A stretch of 52,081 nucleotides of DNA from positions 1 to 52,081 of the forward strand of contig DATKTT010000164.1 in NCBI GenBank assembly GCA_035530955.1. The letters run 5' to 3'. Positions 47,091 through 52,081 of the stretch are shown here, in pieces (positions within the stretch are counted from its first letter, which is position 1; each line of letters begins with the position of its first letter). The notes beneath the pieces are model-generated. The model saw only the letters and a program-made list of their open reading frames with translations, did not search any database and was not told where the DNA came from. The stretch comes from Williamwhitmania sp. (lineage in GTDB: Bacteria; Bacteroidota; Bacteroidia; Bacteroidales; Williamwhitmaniaceae). A program made the translations under genes and the position numbers.

Positions 47091-47137
47091 AAAAAAAACG
47101 AAAACCCGCCATTGAGGTTGCTCCTCAAGGCGGGTTT
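47091..47137 (-). terminator. Terminator between lpxD and lpxC-fabZ
   Basis: AAACCCGCC(A)TTGAGG-ttgct-CCTCAAGGCGGGTTT with A-runs. Confidence 0.65.
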
Positions 47138-47155
47138 GAATATTTTAAACGACGA

Positions 47156-48190
47156 CTATTTTTCCATCGCCTTCACCTTCTTTTCCAACTCAATTACCTG
47201 AAGTCGTAGATCGGGTAAATTTTTGAATACAGCATAACAGCGCTGATATTTTCCAAAATGGAATGCCGGTGCTCCTTGAACAACATCTCCCTCATTTCTT
47301 AGGTTTGAAGAGATGCCCGACTGTGCTGCAACCTTCATCCCATCGGGTATGTTAAGGTGCCCAATAAACCCAACCTGACCTCCAATCATACAGCTCTTTC
47401 CAATTTTGGTTGACCCAGCAACTCCGGTTTGAGCTGCAATAACTGTGTTTTCTCCTATTTCAACGTTATGGGCTACCTGAATAAGGTTATCGAGCTTAAC
47501 GCCATTGCGAATTATGGTAGAACCCATCACCGCTCTGTCGATGGCAGTGTTTGCACCTATTTCAACATTATCCTCAAGAATTACGTTGCCCAGCTGCGGA
47601 ATTTTTTTGTAGTTCCCATCTTCGGCAGGGGCAAAGCCAAAGCCATCACTGCCAATTACAGTTCCGGCGTGAATGGTTACCCGTTTCCCAATAACGCAGT
47701 CTTGATAAATCTTAACTCCAGGGTAGAGCGTGCTGTTATCACCAATGGTTACGTTGTCGCCAATGTAGACCTGTGGATAAAGCTTTACGTTGTTCCCTAT
47801 CTTGACATTCTCGCCAATGTAAACAAAGGCACCAATGTATGGGTTTTCTCCTATTTGTGCGGATGGTTCTATCTCCACCTGCTTGCTAACTCCCTTCTTG
47901 TCGGCTCTGGCCTGTGCAACCATCTCCAAAAGGAACGCAAAGGATTGGTATGCATCAGCAACGCGAATTAGTGTGGCACTAATGGTCTGTGCGGCAACAA
48001 AATCCTTGTTCACCAATACCACCGACGACTGTGTGGTGTAGATGTATTTCTCATATTTCGGGTTAGCCAGAAAGGAGAGGCATCCGTCTGTACCTTCTTC
48101 AATTTTGGCAATGTTGTTCACCTTCACTTCCGGGTTTCCTTCTACTATTCCTTGAAGGAACTGTGCTATTGCTGCTGCGGTAAATTCCAT
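47156..48190 (-). CDS. lpxD: UDP-3-O-acylglucosamine N-acyltransferase LpxD
   Basis: [31 protein letters not shown]; ATG 48190 (MEFTA) preferred. Confidence 0.97.
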   Translation of the reverse strand: MEFTAAAIAQFLQGIVEGNPEVKVNNIAKIEEGTDGCLSFLANPKYEKYIYTTQSSVVLVNKDFVAAQTISATLIRVADAYQSFAFLLEMVAQARADKKGVSKQVEIEPSAQIGENPYIGAFVYIGENVKIGNNVKLYPQVYIGDNVTIGDNSTLYPGVKIYQDCVIGKRVTIHAGTVIGSDGFGFAPAEDGNYKKIPQLGNVILEDNVEIGANTAIDRAVMGSTIIRNGVKLDNLIQVAHNVEIGENTVIAAQTGVAGSTKIGKSCMIGGQVGFIGHLNIPDGMKVAAQSGISSNLRNEGDVVQGAPAFHFGKYQRCYAVFKNLPDLRLQVIELEKKVKAMEK

Positions 48191-48305
48191 GACAGGTTTT
48201 GTTTCAATTTGGGGCAAACCTACATAATTTTTCCATAGGTGGCGTATTTAGGGTTCTAAAAATATGAAGCAGAGGATAGTTTTACCTCCCCTAGAAAAAA
48301 TTATG

Positions 48306-49547
48306 CTATAGCGAAAAAGATATCTCCTTTGGGTAGCAGAAAAAATATTTTTTCACCGTTTTAGCCAGTGCCGAATGGTTAAGCATCTCCGAGGCCTCAT
48401 AAATATCCTCTAGTTTATTATTCTTAAAAAGTATCTTAATGGACTCCTCTTCGGGGTTATAGAAGCTGTTGGTAACCTCACCAGCAAAGCAGAGAAAACC
48501 AGCATGTTCACTTGAGCACTCCGTTTGGCTCATGCATGCCTCAATAGCCTTTTTTACTCTCGATGCCTGAAATGGCGTAGTGGACAGCTCAACATGGAGC
48601 AGTTTACGGTTGTTTAACCGACTACAAAGGTCCGCCAAGGCAGGATCGGAATGATTGACCCACAGCTTTATGGCCAACGAAATATCTGAATCGTCGAGCT
48701 GTGCAAAAACAGAAAGCCAGTCGTTGGTTGGTAATTTCTCATAGTGTCCTTCGAGAAAGAACTGTAGTGCAGGAGAGGTTGCAAGCGGTATGCCGGCCCT
48801 GGCTAGCTGCCGCGCTCGCTGCAGTATGGCGATTAGCATTTGTTCTGCGCCCACCACAGTTTTGTGCAAGTATACCTGCCAATACATTAGGCGTCGGGCA
48901 ATTAAAAATTTCTCAATGGAATATATTCCCTTTGCTTCAACTACAAGGCTATCGTCCGCAACATAGAGCATTTTAATGATTCGCTCTAAGCCAATAGTGC
49001 CCTCGGCTACACCGGAAAAAAAGGAGTCGCGGCCAAGGTAATCAAGCCGGTCAACATCGAGCTGGCTCGATACCAGCTGGTGAAGGAATTTTTTTGGATA
49101 GCGGTTGTCGAAAATGGCGATGGCCATGGAGAGCCGACCGTCCATTTGGATGTTGAGCTGCTCCATAAATGCTTGTGAAATTTCCTCGTGGCTAATATGG
49201 TGCACTATGCTGTGTTCCAGCGCGTGTGAGTATGGGCCATGGCCCAAATCGTGCATCATTATGGCGGCTATGGCGCCCTCTTCTTCTGCAGCAGTGATCT
49301 CTATACCTTTCTCACGCAAAACCTGTAGCGCCTGCATCATAAGGTGCATGGCTCCCAAGGTGTGCTGAAAGCGATTATGCACAGCCCCAGGATATACTAG
49401 ATAGCTCAACCCCAGCTGCTTAATGTTTCGAAGCCGCTGTATCCAACGATGCTCCATCAGGTCGAAGGCAAGCTGATTTGGAATGGTAATGAAACCGTGC
49501 ACCGGATCGTTTACAATCTTTTGCTTGAATGGTTGTGATTTTTGCAT
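48306..49547 (-). CDS. HD-domain phosphohydrolase (dNTPase/SAMHD1-like)
   Basis: NDPVHG, QRLR.IKQLG, HNRFQH, HDLGHGPYSH, DVDRLDYL.RD. Confidence 0.92.
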   Translation of the reverse strand: MQKSQPFKQKIVNDPVHGFITIPNQLAFDLMEHRWIQRLRNIKQLGLSYLVYPGAVHNRFQHTLGAMHLMMQALQVLREKGIEITAAEEEGAIAAIMMHDLGHGPYSHALEHSIVHHISHEEISQAFMEQLNIQMDGRLSMAIAIFDNRYPKKFLHQLVSSQLDVDRLDYLGRDSFFSGVAEGTIGLERIIKMLYVADDSLVVEAKGIYSIEKFLIARRLMYWQVYLHKTVVGAEQMLIAILQRARQLARAGIPLATSPALQFFLEGHYEKLPTNDWLSVFAQLDDSDISLAIKLWVNHSDPALADLCSRLNNRKLLHVELSTTPFQASRVKKAIEACMSQTECSSEHAGFLCFAGEVTNSFYNPEEESIKILFKNNKLEDIYEASEMLNHSALAKTVKKYFFCYPKEISFSL

Positions 49548-49651
49548 ATAGAATTTGAGAATATTTATTTAACCTACTGCCTTGCAGTAATTTTAGTTGG
49601 GGTGTTAAAGATACTTCATCCTCCACATATTTTGGGTTATTTCCATAAATA

Positions 49652-49683
49652 TTTGGGAATTTGGCTGAAAATGATTAATTTTG
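49652..49683 (+). promoter_or_regulatory. Sigma-A promoter of rimP-nusA-infB
   Basis: TTTG (49652-49655), 20-nt spacer, TAATTTTG (49676-49683). Confidence 0.65.
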
Positions 49684-49711
49684 CAACGTTAAGTCGAGAG
49701 TGGATGGAGAT

Positions 49712-49733
49712 GGGGACCCAAGTCCCCTATTTT
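49712..49733 (+). promoter_or_regulatory. rimP leader hairpin/attenuator
   Basis: GGGGAC-ccaa-GTCCCC plus T-rich tail in the rimP 5' UTR. Confidence 0.6.
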
Positions 49734-49750
49734 ATTATGCTGAAATTGCC

Positions 49751-50224
49751 ATGTTGAGGTTGGATGAAGTTAGAGAAATAGTTAAGAATGAGGTGCTTGC
49801 TCATGGCTTGTTCCTTGTGTCCTTAGCTGTCGATAACCAAGGGCGAATTGACGTGGACGTGGATTCAGAAAAGGGCGTTACCATTAAGGAATGCATGGAC
49901 CTGAATCGTGCGCTGGAGGCTGCACTCGACAAGGAGAAGGAAGATTTTGAGCTTACGGTGGCTTCTCCAGGACTTAGCGAACCCCTCAAAGTTGTTGAGC
50001 AGTATCTCAAAAACGTAGGGCGGAAGTTGGAGGTTGTTACTCTTACTGGCGAAAAATTGACGGGTACTTTACTTAGCGTAATCCCCAACAACAGCATAAC
50101 CCTTGAGGTGAGTGAAAAACGAAAACTCGAAGGGGCAAAAAAGAAGAAGACCCTAGTGGTGGAGCAAAAAACTTTAACATTTGAAGCGATAAAATCAACC
50201 AAAGTGGTTATATCCTTTAAGTAA
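49751..50224 (+). CDS. rimP: Ribosome maturation factor RimP
   Basis: GVTIKEC..LNR, FELTVASPG, QYLKNVGR; precedes nusA. Confidence 0.95.
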   Translation: MLRLDEVREIVKNEVLAHGLFLVSLAVDNQGRIDVDVDSEKGVTIKECMDLNRALEAALDKEKEDFELTVASPGLSEPLKVVEQYLKNVGRKLEVVTLTGEKLTGTLLSVIPNNSITLEVSEKRKLEGAKKKKTLVVEQKTLTFEAIKSTKVVISFK

Positions 50225-50247
50225 AATCGGCAAACTTAGGTGAAGCG

Positions 50248-51486
50248 ATGGAAAACTTGAACCTGATTGATACTTTTTCCGAGTTTAAGGAACTCAAAAA
50301 CATTGATAGACCAACAATGATGAGTGTGCTCGAAGATGTATTTCGCAGCATGCTTATTAAAATGTATGGCTCAGATGAGAATTTCGATATTGTTGTAAAT
50401 ATCGATAAGGGAGACTTTGAAATCTGGAGAAATAGAGTAGTTGTGGAGGATGGAAAGGTGGAGGATCCAAACAAGGAGATTTCCCTTACCGATGCTACAA
50501 AGATTGACGGCGATTACGAGGTGGGTGAGGAGGTTACTGACCCGGTGAAGTTGAGCGATTTTGGCAGAAGAGCCATTCTTGCTATTCGTCAAAACCTCAC
50601 CTCGCGTATTCTCGATCTTGAAAAGAACAACCTCTTCAATAAGTACAAGGATAAAATTGGAGAAATTCTTACAGGGGAAGTATACCAGGTTTGGAAGAAA
50701 GAAATTCTGGTGCTGGACGACGAGGGCAATGAGCTGGTGATGCCAAAAACGGAGCAAATTTCTGGAGATTTCTTCCGGAAAGGGGATAGCATTCGTGCCG
50801 TGGTTATCAGGGTGGAGATGAAGAACAACACCCCTGTGATTGTGCTTTCAAGAACATCACCTGTTTTTCTTGAGCGACTATTTGAGTTAGAGGTTCCGGA
50901 AATTTTCGACGGACTTATTACCGTAAAGCGCATTGTCCGCATACCTGGAGAGCGTGCTAAAGTTGCGGTGGAGTCATACGATGAGCGCATCGATCCTGTT
51001 GGAGCCTGCGTAGGTATGAAGGGTTCACGAATACACGGAATTGTTCGGGAGTTGCGCAATGAAAACATTGACGTAATTAACTTCACCAACAACATCCAGC
51101 TCTTTATCACCCGCGCCTTGAGCCCTGCAAAAATAATTGAGATCAAGATCGACGAACGGTATAAAAAAGCCGAGGTTTTCCTAAAACCATCGGAGGTTTC
51201 GCTGGCGATTGGCAAGGGCGGATATAATATTCGGTTGGCAAGTCAACTTACTGGCTACGAAATTGATGTTTACCGCGAAACCGACGAGGTGGATGAGGAG
51301 GATGTTAACCTCGACGAATTTAGTGACGAAATTGAAAGTTGGGTTTTGGATGCCCTCAAAGGTATTGGATGTGACACCGCCCGAAGCGTTTTGGAGATTC
51401 CTATTTCTGAGTTGATTCGGAGAACCGACTTGGAGGAAGAAACCGTAAAAGATGTTGTCAAAATATTTAGAGCGGAATTTGAGTAG
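50248..51486 (+). CDS. nusA: Transcription factor NusA
   Basis: RIPGERAKVAV, IDPVGACVGMKGSRI, AIGKGG.NI. Confidence 0.98.
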   Translation: MENLNLIDTFSEFKELKNIDRPTMMSVLEDVFRSMLIKMYGSDENFDIVVNIDKGDFEIWRNRVVVEDGKVEDPNKEISLTDATKIDGDYEVGEEVTDPVKLSDFGRRAILAIRQNLTSRILDLEKNNLFNKYKDKIGEILTGEVYQVWKKEILVLDDEGNELVMPKTEQISGDFFRKGDSIRAVVIRVEMKNNTPVIVLSRTSPVFLERLFELEVPEIFDGLITVKRIVRIPGERAKVAVESYDERIDPVGACVGMKGSRIHGIVRELRNENIDVINFTNNIQLFITRALSPAKIIEIKIDERYKKAEVFLKPSEVSLAIGKGGYNIRLASQLTGYEIDVYRETDEVDEEDVNLDEFSDEIESWVLDALKGIGCDTARSVLEIPISELIRRTDLEEETVKDVVKIFRAEFE

Positions 51487-51550
51487 CATTATATTTCATT
51501 GACAAAAGTGGTTGACTGCCTGGTTTACCATAACAGTTGAGGACTGATTT

Positions 51551-52081
51551 ATGACACAATTCGAGAAAGGTACAAGGCTTAGCAAACTTGCAATAGAGTT
51601 TAACGTTGGCGTTACTACTCTGGTGGACTATCTGAAGAAGAAAGGTCACGAGGTAGACTCTAGCCCAAACTCAAAGGTTGCACCCGAACTTTGCGAACTC
51701 ATTGCCAAGGAATATGGTAAGGAGGCAAACATTAGGGATGCTTCAAAAAAGCTGAGCTTAAAAAACCTTAGAGACAAAAGGGCTACCATCTCCATTTCCG
51801 ATATGGACGACGAAAATGTCGATAGTGACGATGCCGATTCCGGTGATGGCAAAAGTGATGAGGTAATGATTACCGTAACCTCTGAGGTTCCTCAGGAGCA
51901 GCCAGTAAAGAGGGTGGAAACATCGGCAGTGGTAGAGAATCAGCCGGTGAAAGATGTAGATATCAAGGTTGTTGGAAAAATAGATCTTGAAGGCATTAGC
52001 CATAAGCGAAAGAAGCACGAGGATGCTCCTGTTCCAGAGGTTAAAGCCGAATTGGTTACTGAGGAAAAAGTGGAGGATAAG
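51551..52081 (+). CDS. infB: Translation initiation factor IF-2, N-terminal part (truncated by the window edge)
   Basis: My translation MTQFEKGTRLSKLAIEFNVGVTTLVDYLKKKG..PNSKV..IKVVGKIDL; follows rimP-nusA. Confidence 0.92.
   Translation, partial: MTQFEKGTRLSKLAIEFNVGVTTLVDYLKKKGHEVDSSPNSKVAPELCELIAKEYGKEANIRDASKKLSLKNLRDKRATISISDMDDENVDSDDADSGDGKSDEVMITVTSEVPQEQPVKRVETSAVVENQPVKDVDIKVVGKIDLEGISHKRKKHEDAPVPEVKAELVTEEKVEDK

Noticed and set aside
612-52018. Numerous short antisense or nested ORFs in the track (e.g. 1502-1918, 29327-29797, 46330-46929, 50589-51215)
   Set aside because: Shadow frames of well-supported genes, with no motifs.

Overview
Chromosomal segment of a Bacteroidota bacterium, most likely Bacteroidales (porX/porW type IX secretion genes, fused lpxC-fabZ, S46 peptidase, TAnnTTTG promoters). 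The left (1-18.2 kb) and right (38.2-52 kb) arms are housekeeping and envelope genes: hybrid kinase, tonB-like, ald-like, tsaE, porX, porW, siaB/siaC-like, dpp7, rnhB, GT4/flippase; then SOR, M23, dxr, rseP, mltD, lpxA/C/D, HD, rimP-nusA-infB. A ~19.4 kb AT-rich integrative element (18742-38152) sits in the 3' end of an initiator tRNA-Met, bounded by a 15-bp att repeat. It carries a tyrosine integrase, excisionase, an apparently dead Prim-Pol fused to an AAA ATPase, an ori-like palindrome, a serine resolvase and a defence cargo. The cargo is a type I R-M system with an inserted PD-(D/E)XK gene, a GHKL-nuclease fusion, and a kinase-STAS-PIN triad bracketed by its own 15-bp direct repeats. Just outside the element is a 363-bp unit: a small GIY-YIG nuclease whose stop codon runs into a modified copy of the same tRNA, in which a hairpin replaces the sequence 3' of the anticodon. 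The kinase-STAS-PIN cassette and the GIY-YIG/tRNA-copy unit are the best candidates for poorly described systems. All family calls come from motif recognition; no database search was run.
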